NCBI GenBank assembly: GCA_025839675.1
Contig: CP104013.1
Location: forward strand, 690,001-722,000
Source: Candidatus Lokiarchaeum ossiferum
Lineage (GTDB): Archaea; Asgardarchaeota; Lokiarchaeia; Sigyniarchaeales; Promethearchaeaceae
DNA: 32,000 nucleotides
Reading direction: 5' to 3'
Shown: positions 1 through 8,648 of the stretch, in pieces
Layout of the letters: every line of letters begins with the position of its first letter
How positions within the stretch are numbered: the first letter of the stretch is position 1
Position numbers and translations under genes: made by a program
Notes under the pieces: generated by a model
Databases searched by the model: none
Told to the model about the DNA's origin: nothing
Seen by the model: only the letters and a program-made list of their open reading frames with translations

Positions 1-1427
1 TATTCACTTCTCGAGATTTGGTTTTCAATGATTGAATTGTTTTCTCCGGGAGCACTTTCAGATCCATCTGATGAAATTCCAACCCTACACCCATCAATGG
101 AATTCAATTTTATAGTCGAATTATCTTGTTCATTAAAATAAAAACCATATTGAATTATATCTAACATAGAATTACCAGTTAAATTATTTTCCCTTCCATT
201 ACTGATATAAATTCCATATCTCGAATCTTCTATTATATTATCAACAACATCTATATAACTAGAATCTCGTACGTCAATTGCTCGATATGCCGATTTGAAG
301 ACATTGGAATAAATTGAATTATTGTTTGCCATACTTAAATACACTCCACTTTCAACACCCGTATTATTAAAAATCTGGTTTTTCGTGCTGGATATTAAAA
401 GAATGCCCTTTAGATATGTACTAGACATATAATCATTATGGAAAAGTGTATTATTATGGATAATATTTTTTTGGCCAAAAGACACACAAATTCCTCCTTG
501 GTAATTATCCGAGATATTATTGGAAGAAATGTTATTGAAATTTGACCCATCTTCGATGCTTATTTTATTAAGAGTTATTCCATAGCTTATTGCACTTGGA
601 CCATTATTTTTTGTAATTGTATTGTTATAAATCACATTGTAATCTCCCGATTCGACTTCAATCCCGGCAGAATTTTCAAAACAGTAGTTCTGATCTAGAT
701 AATTAGAATTACAATTATATTCGATATCGATCCCTGTTTCGCTATTTGAACAATTGTTTTGAAATAGATTATTAAAATCCGAATTTCTCATGAAATAAAT
801 TCCATCGCCATTAGTAATCGTATCAATGTTATTTCTTACTATTTCATTATAACTGCAAGACCATCCCAATCGTATTCCTGCAGTATAACAATTATAAATT
901 TTATTATTAGTAAAATTATTCCAACTGCAACCAGAGTGAAGATATATCCCATAAGAATTTGTTGAAATATTGCAATCAACAATAGTCCCATTTGTTGTTC
1001 GATCGAAACGTATCGCTGGACCAACAGATGAAGATAAAGACGAATGATTGAATGCACAATTCTTAATAGTGAAGTAAATTTCATTAGAATCCATAATATA
1101 CAACCCCGTTTCCCCAGCGGGAATATTGAATTGTACATCTTCGATTAAATAGGGATTACTTTCCGTGCCTAATCCAGAACACCATGGTTGGGACGCTGCC
1201 CAAGTCCAATTTCCAGTATGGGAATCATTATCTGTTGCAAGTGCATTAATAATGATCGATGTATTAGAAAAAGTAGCTAGACTTCTTGGAATGTTATCGA
1301 AATTTTCTTCATTCATAATGATGGTCTCTTCAATTGAAGAAAACGAATTGTTGGCAGCTATAACGGAAGAAAATAATAAGCAAATTATTATCACAACATC
1401 CTTCCTTTTATGTAATAGATTATACAT
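1..1427 (-). CDS. Parallel beta-helix (PbH1-type) repeat surface/secreted protein; N-terminal 475 codons, continues beyond the left window edge
   Basis: Absent from the ORF track (no stop in window). Hand translation of the minus strand from ATG 1427 gives 475 codons with no stop down to position 1. It starts MYNLLHKRKDVVIIICLLFSSVIAANNSFSS (hydrophobic signal/anchor). Asn/Ile/Gly/Ser-rich ~22-25 aa periodic segments follow, e.g. NGTIVDCNISTNSYGIYLHSGCSWNNFTNNKIYNCYTAGIRLGWSCSYNEIVRNNIDTITNGDGIYF, as in pectate-lyase-fold beta-helix repeats. It supersedes track ORFs 839..1138(-) and 1165..1464(+), which lie in other frames. Confidence 0.75.
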   Translation of the reverse strand, partial: MYNLLHKRKDVVIIICLLFSSVIAANNSFSSIEETIIMNEENFDNIPRSLATFSNTSIIINALATDNDSHTGNWTWAASQPWCSGLGTESNPYLIEDVQFNIPAGETGLYIMDSNEIYFTIKNCAFNHSSLSSSVGPAIRFDRTTNGTIVDCNISTNSYGIYLHSGCSWNNFTNNKIYNCYTAGIRLGWSCSYNEIVRNNIDTITNGDGIYFMRNSDFNNLFQNNCSNSETGIDIEYNCNSNYLDQNYCFENSAGIEVESGDYNVIYNNTITKNNGPSAISYGITLNKISIEDGSNFNNISSNNISDNYQGGICVSFGQKNIIHNNTLFHNDYMSSTYLKGILLISSTKNQIFNNTGVESGVYLSMANNNSIYSNVFKSAYRAIDVRDSSYIDVVDNIIEDSRYGIYISNGRENNLTGNSMLDIIQYGFYFNEQDNSTIKLNSIDGCRVGISSDGSESAPGENNSIIENQISRSE

Positions 1428-1552
1428 AATTATTCACATGAACCTCTTTTTATGTTTACATTAATTAAAATGTGATAGCGTTGAATATATTATCACATTT
1501 TATGAGAGAGTTTTCGATTATAGACAAATAAATCTTTTGTGGAGAAATTCAG

Positions 1553-1560
1553 AAAAAAAA
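1553..1560 (-). terminator. Oligo-T tract (T8 on minus strand) 44 nt after the MFS paralogue 1 stop
   Basis: A8 on the plus strand. Archaeal RNA polymerase terminates at oligo-T tracts (established knowledge). Confidence 0.35.
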
Positions 1561-1604
1561 TGATTTTAATTTAATCCTAGACTATATTTGAAAATAGAAT
1601 TGAT

Positions 1605-2927
1605 TTATACTAAAATATCAGTTTCGGCCAATGATTCATTATTCAAGTCATCAAGTGATTTTTGATCATTTTTCATTTGTGTAAAATAATCTTTCGTGAC
1701 GAAGTGTAAAACTACATAACCTAATGCAGCAATAAATGTCAAAAGACCGACAATATACCATAAGATCTTACGATCTAGATTATCCATAATTACCCCAGCA
1801 CCAATTGGCCCTAGTAACATCGGAACCAACCTCGCAGACATAAAAACGGCACTGTATCTCCCCCGCTTGTCTTCGGGTGCAAAATTAGCAACCATAGTTT
1901 GATTGAAGGGCGCTTGAACCATTTCGCCAGTTGTAATAATTATCATTGCTCCAAATGCTAACTGGATAGTGCCAATGAAACCATACATACCAAATCCGAT
2001 CCCATAGAGAATATTTCCGACAGCAATCATAATCAGTGCAGGAAACATCTTAATTCGCTTGGTCAGCCAAAATTGCAATAAAACTACCATGAGAGCATTC
2101 ATTGACATTAGTAATCCATATTGCTGATTAGTGAAGGATAAATCTTCGATTAGGAACACGGAAAGAGTGGAATTCATTTGCATATATGCTAAACCCATTA
2201 AAGCTGAAACAAAAACAAAAATCATAAATCGCCAATTTTTAAAAATCTCTCCATAACCAGATTTCGTTTTTTCAGCTTTCACTAAAGTTGATGCGACATC
2301 TGGTAAAATGTCATTTGTTTCTATCTTTGGAGGACGGGTTTCGGGGACTTTAAGTACAAAAATTATCGCTGTTATGAAACTAGAAACAGCATCACCGATA
2401 AATAACCATTTGAAATCAAAGGATGATAATAATCCTCCCAAAGCGGGGCCAATAGCCGCAGATAAGTTGAAAATTACGCGTAAAATGCTAAACCCTTCAG
2501 GTCTCTTTTCTACAGTCAGCACATCCGCTAACATTGCCTGCCGAGCAGGACCACCAATTGTACCCAATAAACCCATAATTCCAATTAGAATATAGATCAT
2601 ATTAACATTTGAAATAAATACAAAAGTTAAACTAAATATACCACTGGCCATTAGGCCAAAAAGCGCACATTTTTTTCTTCCTATTTTATCGGCAAGAGAA
2701 CCTCCAATCATCCCACCAATTAAACTCCCAATTGCCGAGATGATGAAAACTATTCCTACACCTACCATAGAAAGTCCAAAAACTTGACTCATATAGATGT
2801 AAATGAAAGGTCCAAGCATATAACTACCAATTTGATCAATAAAAGTGGCGAAGGTAATTACCCAAAAGGATTCGGGAAACTCGTTGTAGGTTTTTTTTAT
2901 ATTAGCAAACATATTTTTATCCTTCAT
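1605..2927 (-). CDS. MFS transporter, paralogue 1 of 4
   Basis: 440-aa ORF with about 12 hydrophobic segments in a 6+6 layout split by a hydrophilic central loop. MFS motif A lies after TM2 (GGSLADKIGRKK, pattern G-x-x-x-D-[RK]-x-G-R-[RK]). Roughly 80% identical by eye to the 5498..6820 copy. A TATA-like TTATATAAA abuts the first ATG, so the second ATG (2912, MFANIKK) may be the real, leaderless start. Confidence 0.9.
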   Translation of the reverse strand: MKDKNMFANIKKTYNEFPESFWVITFATFIDQIGSYMLGPFIYIYMSQVFGLSMVGVGIVFIISAIGSLIGGMIGGSLADKIGRKKCALFGLMASGIFSLTFVFISNVNMIYILIGIMGLLGTIGGPARQAMLADVLTVEKRPEGFSILRVIFNLSAAIGPALGGLLSSFDFKWLFIGDAVSSFITAIIFVLKVPETRPPKIETNDILPDVASTLVKAEKTKSGYGEIFKNWRFMIFVFVSALMGLAYMQMNSTLSVFLIEDLSFTNQQYGLLMSMNALMVVLLQFWLTKRIKMFPALIMIAVGNILYGIGFGMYGFIGTIQLAFGAMIIITTGEMVQAPFNQTMVANFAPEDKRGRYSAVFMSARLVPMLLGPIGAGVIMDNLDRKILWYIVGLLTFIAALGYVVLHFVTKDYFTQMKNDQKSLDDLNNESLAETDILV

Positions 2928-3080
2928 ATAATTTTATATAATTATTCGAAAAAAGCAAAACAAATAATAGGATGACTCAGCGTTTTATTTGTTTCTATTA
3001 CTTCTTAGAGTGATCTAACCCATGCGGGTTTTTTCTTTATTTTGGATAATATCCAAATTTTTCTGAGATTAATCGTTTTG

Positions 3081-3587
3081 TTAGTCTACATCATAGAATT
3101 CTATGTTTTTACAATCTACAAGTGTGGAAAGTAAAACTAATTTAGGGAGAATATTTGGAATTCTTACACCATGACAACCTACTATTTTGTTGATACATTT
3201 TTGAAAGGTTTCTTTATCGACATTGGGAGTAAAAGTAAGATTTTGAATACCGACAAAACTGATTTGGTTTTCGGGTTCTTCAAGATCTTCTTTTGAAATA
3301 GTTAGATCCACATGACCAACTATGGAAAGAGGCATTTTATTCACAGATCTCAAGGTTCCAGCGGAAATTTCTGGAAAATCTTCATCAAATGAGTAAACTA
3401 CATCTTGCATTAATTTAGTGATTGCAATTCCAACATTCATATCTAATTTTTTTGTCTTATTTACAAATTGCTCATAGACATCCGCATTAACCCCTCGTAT
3501 AGAGATAGATTTCAAGTTTTCTTCGTTGAAAAAATCATCTGTAGCAAAGGGTTCTCGAAAATTTTCATTTGAGTTTTCATCTGACAT
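3081..3587 (-). CDS. Hypothetical protein with a possible N-terminal ribbon-helix-helix (Arc/MetJ/VapB-like) DNA-binding motif
   Basis: 168-aa ORF; GGTGA Shine-Dalgarno 7-11 nt upstream of ATG 3587. Residues ~27-65 (SISIRGVNADVYEQFVNKTKKLDMNVGIAITKLMQDVV) fit a strand-helix-turn-helix RHH pattern. The acidic N-terminus and the ~100-aa C-terminal domain are not recognisable. The RHH assignment is pattern-based only. Confidence 0.6.
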   Translation of the reverse strand: MSDENSNENFREPFATDDFFNEENLKSISIRGVNADVYEQFVNKTKKLDMNVGIAITKLMQDVVYSFDEDFPEISAGTLRSVNKMPLSIVGHVDLTISKEDLEEPENQISFVGIQNLTFTPNVDKETFQKCINKIVGCHGVRIPNILPKLVLLSTLVDCKNIEFYDVD

Positions 3588-3612
3588 TTTGTTTCACCAT
3601 TTTATTTGATTT

Positions 3613-3650
3613 CATGTAAGTGTGATTACATGTTTGCATGTATAACATGT
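3613..3650 (-). promoter_or_regulatory. Candidate operator: two CATG-centred inverted repeats in the leader/promoter of the RHH-like gene
   Basis: IR1 is CATGTAA-N6-TTACATG (3613-3632) and IR2 is CATGT-ATA-ACATG (3637-3649). There are four CATGT motifs within 38 bp, lying 26-63 nt upstream of ATG 3587 and downstream of a TATA-like TTTAAATA (~3668-3676 on the plus strand). Confidence 0.35.
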
Positions 3651-4016
3651 AACCATTGTTAATCATCCTATTTAAATCTTTATTTCCTTCAGAGACACAT
3701 CATCAAGCTATTTTAGTTTTTAGTTTAGATATACTATATATGACATCCAATTTCTAAAATATCCCGTAATAGATGCGCGATCTCTTAGTATTTGGAATAT
3801 CCAAGACGTATCGGGAATTACTTGATGATGTTATTTCATTTTTATTATCATTCATTTTACCATCAAATCATTTTTTCTTATTAAGTCGCCATCCCAGCCC
3901 TTTTGATTACAGAATATAGACTCATTATGGGAATGATCTTTATTTCGGATAGCACTCATAGATAATGGTTGTTACCAGTATCAAAATAATCTATAGAGGT
4001 CTGATAAAATATTCAG

Positions 4017-4026
4017 AAAAAAAAAA
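4017..4026 (-). terminator. Oligo-T tract (T10) 16 nt after the MFS paralogue 2 stop
   Basis: A10 on the plus strand directly downstream of stop codon 4043-4045. Confidence 0.45.
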
Positions 4027-4042
4027 TATGAAAAATCAACAT

Positions 4043-5356
4043 TTAAGCTAAAACATCAGTTTCGGCTATAGATTCACAATTCAAGTCATCATTTGATTTT
4101 TGATCATTCTTCATTTGTACAAAGTAATCTTTCGTCACAAAATAAAGAATAATGTAGCCAAAGGCAGCAATAAAAGTCAAGCTTGCTCCAAGATACCACA
4201 AAATTCTTCGATCCAGAGAATCCATAATATAACCCGCACCTATTGGCCCAATTAGCATAACAACCATCTCTAGAACCATATATACGGCATTATATCTTCC
4301 CCGTTCATTTTCTGGGGCAAAATTTGCAGTAACAGTTTGATTGAAAGGTTCAGCAATCATCTCCCCCACGGTAATAACAATCATGGCGATAAAAGCAAGT
4401 GGGATAGTTGTTATAAAGCCGTACATCCCAAAGCCAATCCCATATAAAGCACTACCGACCGCCATCATAATTAAGGCTGGAAACATCTTAATTTTTTTCG
4501 TTAACCAAAATTGGATCACCACTACAATGAGTGCATTCATGGAAATTAATAATCCAAATTGCTGTTCTGAAAAACTAAGATTTTCAAGAAGAAATATAGA
4601 AAGAGTTGAGGTAACTTGCATGTAAGTTAAACTCACTAAAGCAGACACAATGATGAAAAGTAGATAACGCCAATTTTTGAAAACTCTACCATGTCCAGAT
4701 TTCGATCGGTTTTTTTCATCTGCAACGGAAGGAACTTTTGATGAGATTTTACGAATTTCTTTCTTGATCGGATGAGTCTCGGGAATTTTTATCACAAATA
4801 TTATTGCCGTAATAAAACTTGTTATAGCATCCCCTATAAATAACCATTTGAAGTTGTAGGAAGATAACAACCCACCCAATGCAGGTCCTATTGTGGCAGC
4901 TAAATTGGCAACAATACGCAAGATACTAAATCCTTCAGGTCGTTTTTCTACCGTTAAAATATCTGCAAACATTGCTTGACGGGCAGGTTTTCCAATTGAC
5001 CCCAAAAATCCCATTATTCCCACCAGTAAATAAACAAGTTTAGCACTAGAAAGGAAAACAAATGTTAAACTGTACATACCACTTACCAATAATCCGAAAA
5101 GGGCACATTTCTTTCGTCCAACTTTATCACTAAGAGATCCACCGACAATGCCCCCAAGAATGTTTCCAATTCCCAAAATAATATAAACAAAACCGACTTC
5201 TACCATCGATAAGCCAAAATTCCAACTCATGAAAATGTAAATGAAAGGCAATATCATGAAAGTCCCAATACTATCTATAAAACTGGCCAGAGTTATAATC
5301 CAAAAAGATTGGGGAAACCGTTGGTAGGTTTCTTTTAATTTTGAAGTCATAAACAT
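4043..5356 (-). CDS. MFS transporter, paralogue 2 of 4
   Basis: 437-aa ORF, same 6+6 topology, motif A GGSLSDKVGRKK. AGGAGA Shine-Dalgarno 5-10 nt upstream of ATG 5356. Collinear with the other three copies. Confidence 0.9.
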   Translation of the reverse strand: MFMTSKLKETYQRFPQSFWIITLASFIDSIGTFMILPFIYIFMSWNFGLSMVEVGFVYIILGIGNILGGIVGGSLSDKVGRKKCALFGLLVSGMYSLTFVFLSSAKLVYLLVGIMGFLGSIGKPARQAMFADILTVEKRPEGFSILRIVANLAATIGPALGGLLSSYNFKWLFIGDAITSFITAIIFVIKIPETHPIKKEIRKISSKVPSVADEKNRSKSGHGRVFKNWRYLLFIIVSALVSLTYMQVTSTLSIFLLENLSFSEQQFGLLISMNALIVVVIQFWLTKKIKMFPALIMMAVGSALYGIGFGMYGFITTIPLAFIAMIVITVGEMIAEPFNQTVTANFAPENERGRYNAVYMVLEMVVMLIGPIGAGYIMDSLDRRILWYLGASLTFIAAFGYIILYFVTKDYFVQMKNDQKSNDDLNCESIAETDVLA

Positions 5357-5484
5357 ATTATCTCCTAACTATATTGAGCATTAAATTTAGTTTAAGTTTT
5401 TTTTGTATGGGTAATTTTCCTGTGGTTAACTTCAACTTAAGAACTTGCAACCATGCAATCATATTTCTCTTTAAATGTGAAGGG

Positions 5485-5495
5485 AAAAAAAAAAA
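5485..5495 (-). terminator. Oligo-T tract (T11) 2 nt after the MFS paralogue 3 stop
   Basis: A11 on the plus strand abutting stop codon 5498-5500. Confidence 0.45.
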
Positions 5496-5497
5496 TT

Positions 5498-6820
5498 TTA
5501 AGCTAAAACATCAGTTTCGGTTAAAGATTCACTATTCAAGTCATCAAGTGATTTTTGATCATTTTTCATTTGCTTAAAATGATCTTTCGTGACGAAGTGC
5601 AAAACAACGTAACCAAAGGCAGCAATAAATGTCAGTAGTCCGGCAATATACCACAATATCTTACGATCCAGATTATCCATAATTGCCCCTGCACCAATTG
5701 GCCCTAATAACAATGGAATCATCCCTACAAACATATAAACAGCATTATATCTCCCTCGTTGATCTTCAGGTGCAAAATTGGCAACCATTGTTTGATTGAA
5801 AGGCGCAACAACCATTTCTCCAATGGTTATTATCACCATAGCACCAAAAGCTAAGGGGATGGTTCCAATAAAACCATACATACCAAATCCAATTCCATAG
5901 AGTATATTTCCTACTGCCATCATTATAAGAGCGGGAAACATTTTTATTCTCTTAGTTAACCAAAATTGGATCATAACTACCATAAGAGCATTCATTGAAA
6001 TGAGCAGACCATATTGCTGATTTGTAAATGATAAATCTTCAATAAGAAAAACAGAAAGGGTAGAATTCATTTGCATGTAAGTTAGACCCATTAAAGCTGA
6101 AACACAAACAAAGATCAAAAATCTCCAATTTTTGAAAACTATTCCATAACCAGTTTTTTTCTTTTCTGTAATCATTTCGTTTGTGGTTACTTCTGGCATA
6201 ACTTCATTTACTTCCATCTTTGCAGGATGGGTTTCAGGAACTTTGATTACGAAGATGATTGCAGTAATGAAACTCGAGATAGCATCGCCAATAAAGAGCC
6301 ATTTAAAATCAAAAGATGAGAGCAATCCCCCTAATGCAGGCCCAATTGTAGCTGATAAATTTGCCACAATTCGCAAAATACTAAATCCTTCAGGTCGTTT
6401 TTCAACAGTCAAGACATCTGCAAGCATAGCTTGTCGAGCAGGCCCACCTATTGAACCTAGCAGCCCCATTATTCCAACGAGAATGTAGATCGTATTAACA
6501 TTAGATACAAATACAAAAGTTAAACTAAAACCGCCACTGACCAACAAGCCAAATAGTGCACATTTTTTTCGTCCCAATTTATCGGTAAGAGATCCACCAA
6601 TCATCCCTCCAATCATGTTCCCGATTCCGACAATTATATAAATTAATCCAACTTCCATCATAGATAACCCAAAAACTTGACTCATATAGATGTAAATGAA
6701 AGGTCCAATCATAAAACTTCCAATATTGTCAATAAAACTGGAGAATGTAATCACCCAGAAGGTTTCAGGGAACTCGTGGTATGTTTGTTTCATTTTTGTA
6801 AACATATTATTATCCTTCAT
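5498..6820 (-). CDS. MFS transporter, paralogue 3 of 4
   Basis: 440-aa ORF, motif A GGSLTDKLGRKK. Closest by eye to paralogue 1. Only 41 nt separate it from the stop of paralogue 4. Confidence 0.9.
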   Translation of the reverse strand: MKDNNMFTKMKQTYHEFPETFWVITFSSFIDNIGSFMIGPFIYIYMSQVFGLSMMEVGLIYIIVGIGNMIGGMIGGSLTDKLGRKKCALFGLLVSGGFSLTFVFVSNVNTIYILVGIMGLLGSIGGPARQAMLADVLTVEKRPEGFSILRIVANLSATIGPALGGLLSSFDFKWLFIGDAISSFITAIIFVIKVPETHPAKMEVNEVMPEVTTNEMITEKKKTGYGIVFKNWRFLIFVCVSALMGLTYMQMNSTLSVFLIEDLSFTNQQYGLLISMNALMVVMIQFWLTKRIKMFPALIMMAVGNILYGIGFGMYGFIGTIPLAFGAMVIITIGEMVVAPFNQTMVANFAPEDQRGRYNAVYMFVGMIPLLLGPIGAGAIMDNLDRKILWYIAGLLTFIAAFGYVVLHFVTKDHFKQMKNDQKSLDDLNSESLTETDVLA

Positions 6821-6839
6821 ATTATTTTATTTGAAAAAG

Positions 6840-6849
6840 AAAAAAAAAA
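6840..6849 (-). terminator. Oligo-T tract (T10, plus adjacent T5) 12 nt after the MFS paralogue 4 stop
   Basis: A10 on the plus strand inside the 41-nt spacer before paralogue 3. It could instead act as the T-rich promoter element of paralogue 3. Confidence 0.4.
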
Positions 6850-6861
6850 CTAATAGAACCA

Positions 6862-8199
6862 TCAATTAGCCAAAACATCAGTATTGATAGGTGATTCGAT
6901 AGGTATTTCTCTACTATTTTCTTCTGTAGAAGTTTGTTCTTGATTTGACTGACTGAAATATTTTTTGGAGGTAATATAAAGGAAGAGATATCCTATTGCT
7001 GCAATAATGGATAAAATACCCGATAGATACCATAAAATCTTACTATCCATATTATCCATAATTGCACCAGAACCTACTATCCCAAACAACATAGGGAAGA
7101 TACTCGACCAGCCATGAACTGCCATATACCTCCCACGTTTATCTTCAGGCGCGAGATTTGCAGCAATTGATTGAGAATAGGGGGCAACAACCATCTCACC
7201 AATTGTTATAATTACCATTGCCAAGAAAGCAAGAGGAATGGTCCCAATAAAGCCATACATCCCGAAACCAATTCCATATAAAATATTACCCGCAGCCATC
7301 ATAATTAGCGCTTGAAATCCTTTGATTTTGTGAGTTAACCAAAATTGCATCACAACAACCATAAAAGCATTCATGGAAATCAGCAACCCATATATATTGA
7401 GGTTAAATCCCAATTCTGCAGTAAGAAATACGGGGAGAGTAGAAATCATTTGCATATAGACTAAGCTCATAATAGCAGAAATAAAAACAAAAATCATAAA
7501 CCGCCAGTCCATGAATACTTCTTTATAACCCCTATCCGATTTTTTTTCTGGAGGGACTGAAGATTGATTTTCAGAGGTCTCAACATTCTGTTCATCCGAA
7601 TTCCTTTTAGTTTCAGGAACTTTAAACACAAAGATTACTGCGGTTATGAATGATGTGATTGCATCTGCTAAAAATATGAATTTAAAGTTCGTTGCCGCGA
7701 GCAATCCACCTAAAGCAGGACCAATCGTGGCAGAAAGATTAACAATGACACGTAATATTGCAAAACCCTCAGCCCTTTGTTCTTTAGGAAGAATATCTGC
7801 AAGCATTGCCTGCCTAGCAGGTCCACCGATTGCCCCTAAAAGACCCATCATACCGACAAGAATGTAGAGTGCTGTCACCGTATGGATAAAAATGAATCCT
7901 ATTGAAAAGAGTCCGCTAATTAGCAATCCAAATAGTGCACAAATCTTCCTTCCAATTTTATCAGTTAAAGCCCCTCCAATCATCCCTCCAAGCATATTCC
8001 CAACTCCAACAATGATAAAAACAAGACCAACTTCCACCATACTAATTCCAAATGCTTGAGTCATATAAATGGCGATAAATGGCATCATCATAAAACCTCC
8101 AATTTGATCAATAAAACTGGAGAATGTGATAACCCAAAATGTTTCCGGAAATTCTTGAAAAGTTTGTTTCATTTTTGTAAACATATTTAATTCTACCAT
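6862..8199 (-). CDS. MFS transporter, paralogue 4 of 4 (most divergent)
   Basis: The track ORF 6862..8232 starts at a TTG. The in-frame ATG at 8199 (MVELNMFTKMKQTF) matches the N-terminal length of its paralogues (MKDNNMFTKMKQTY); ATG 8184 is also possible. Motif A is GGALTDKIGRKI. Same topology, different central loop and a longer C-terminal tail. Confidence 0.85.
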   Translation of the reverse strand: MVELNMFTKMKQTFQEFPETFWVITFSSFIDQIGGFMMMPFIAIYMTQAFGISMVEVGLVFIIVGVGNMLGGMIGGALTDKIGRKICALFGLLISGLFSIGFIFIHTVTALYILVGMMGLLGAIGGPARQAMLADILPKEQRAEGFAILRVIVNLSATIGPALGGLLAATNFKFIFLADAITSFITAVIFVFKVPETKRNSDEQNVETSENQSSVPPEKKSDRGYKEVFMDWRFMIFVFISAIMSLVYMQMISTLPVFLTAELGFNLNIYGLLISMNAFMVVVMQFWLTHKIKGFQALIMMAAGNILYGIGFGMYGFIGTIPLAFLAMVIITIGEMVVAPYSQSIAANLAPEDKRGRYMAVHGWSSIFPMLFGIVGSGAIMDNMDSKILWYLSGILSIIAAIGYLFLYITSKKYFSQSNQEQTSTEENSREIPIESPINTDVLAN

Positions 8200-8318
8200 A
8201 TCATTTTTTCCCAAAATCCACTGTTTTGACAATAGAGTAATTGATTTACGAAATAGAAGAGATTTGAAGTAATAACTTCTGACAATTCAATAAATTTTAG
8301 TTTATGATATAATTAGGG

Positions 8319-8355
8319 TGTGTATAATATTTAAACATGTGTAATTCAGTGTGTA
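8319..8355. promoter_or_regulatory. Three direct TGTGTA(W)(W) repeats in the divergent intergenic region between MFS paralogue 4 and the 7-helix membrane protein
   Basis: TGTGTA at 8319-8324, 8338-8343 and 8350-8355 (contexts GGTGTGTATAAT, CATGTGTAATTC, CAGTGTGTATTAT). G-containing motifs stand out in this AT-rich spacer. Function unknown. Confidence 0.2.
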
Positions 8356-8648
8356 TTATTTATGTCTTTTTTTAACACAATATAAAGTAAAAGGAGTCCA
8401 GTATTTGCCAAGGAAAAAATTCAAATTTCAGTTAGGTTTTTTAAACCTCTCTGAATATTGTTCATTTTTTTTAACCAAATATTCATTTCTCAAGTACTTC
8501 AACATTAAAGAAGAATGAATTTTAGCTTAACTGGAAAAGAAAAATGTATGACAAAAATCACTTTTTTTTCTACAAAATGGCTCATTAAACGACAATATTT
8601 TAGTTGTTCCGTGGCATAATTTATATTCATCATACACAAATTAATAGC

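Larger units (their letters stand above)
1605..8199 (-). repeat. Tandem gene amplification: four MFS paralogues (with one inserted unrelated gene)
   Basis: Four collinear 437-445-aa ORFs on one strand. Nucleotide-level similarity is still visible, e.g. the 3' ends ...AAAACATCAGTTTCGG... at ~1615, ~4053, ~5508 (and CATCAGTATTGA at ~6873), and TTTTTGATCATTTTTCATTTG at ~1660 and ~5555. Confidence 0.9.

Noticed and set aside
839-1464. Track ORFs 839..1138(-) and 1165..1464(+)
   Set aside because: Both lie fully within a much longer open frame (1..1427, minus strand) that has a coherent repeat-protein translation. Their own translations are low-complexity hydrophobic noise.
2308-2595. Antisense ORFs inside every MFS copy (2308..2595, 4341..4625, 6183..6488, 7646..7867) whose translations are similar to one another (..NPPKAGPI.A......R......PS.....)
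   Set aside because: They mirror the most conserved sense-strand segment (the TM4-TM5 region). Their similarity is a by-product of sense-strand conservation. They have no ribosome-binding site or promoter context, and their composition is what the reverse complement of helix codons gives.
3017-3034. Hairpin AACCC-ATGC-GGGTT followed by a T-run, resembling a bacterial intrinsic terminator
   Set aside because: The T-run is on the plus strand, where no gene ends. On the minus strand, downstream of the RHH-like gene, the stem is preceded rather than followed by the homopolymer. Archaeal termination does not require such hairpins.
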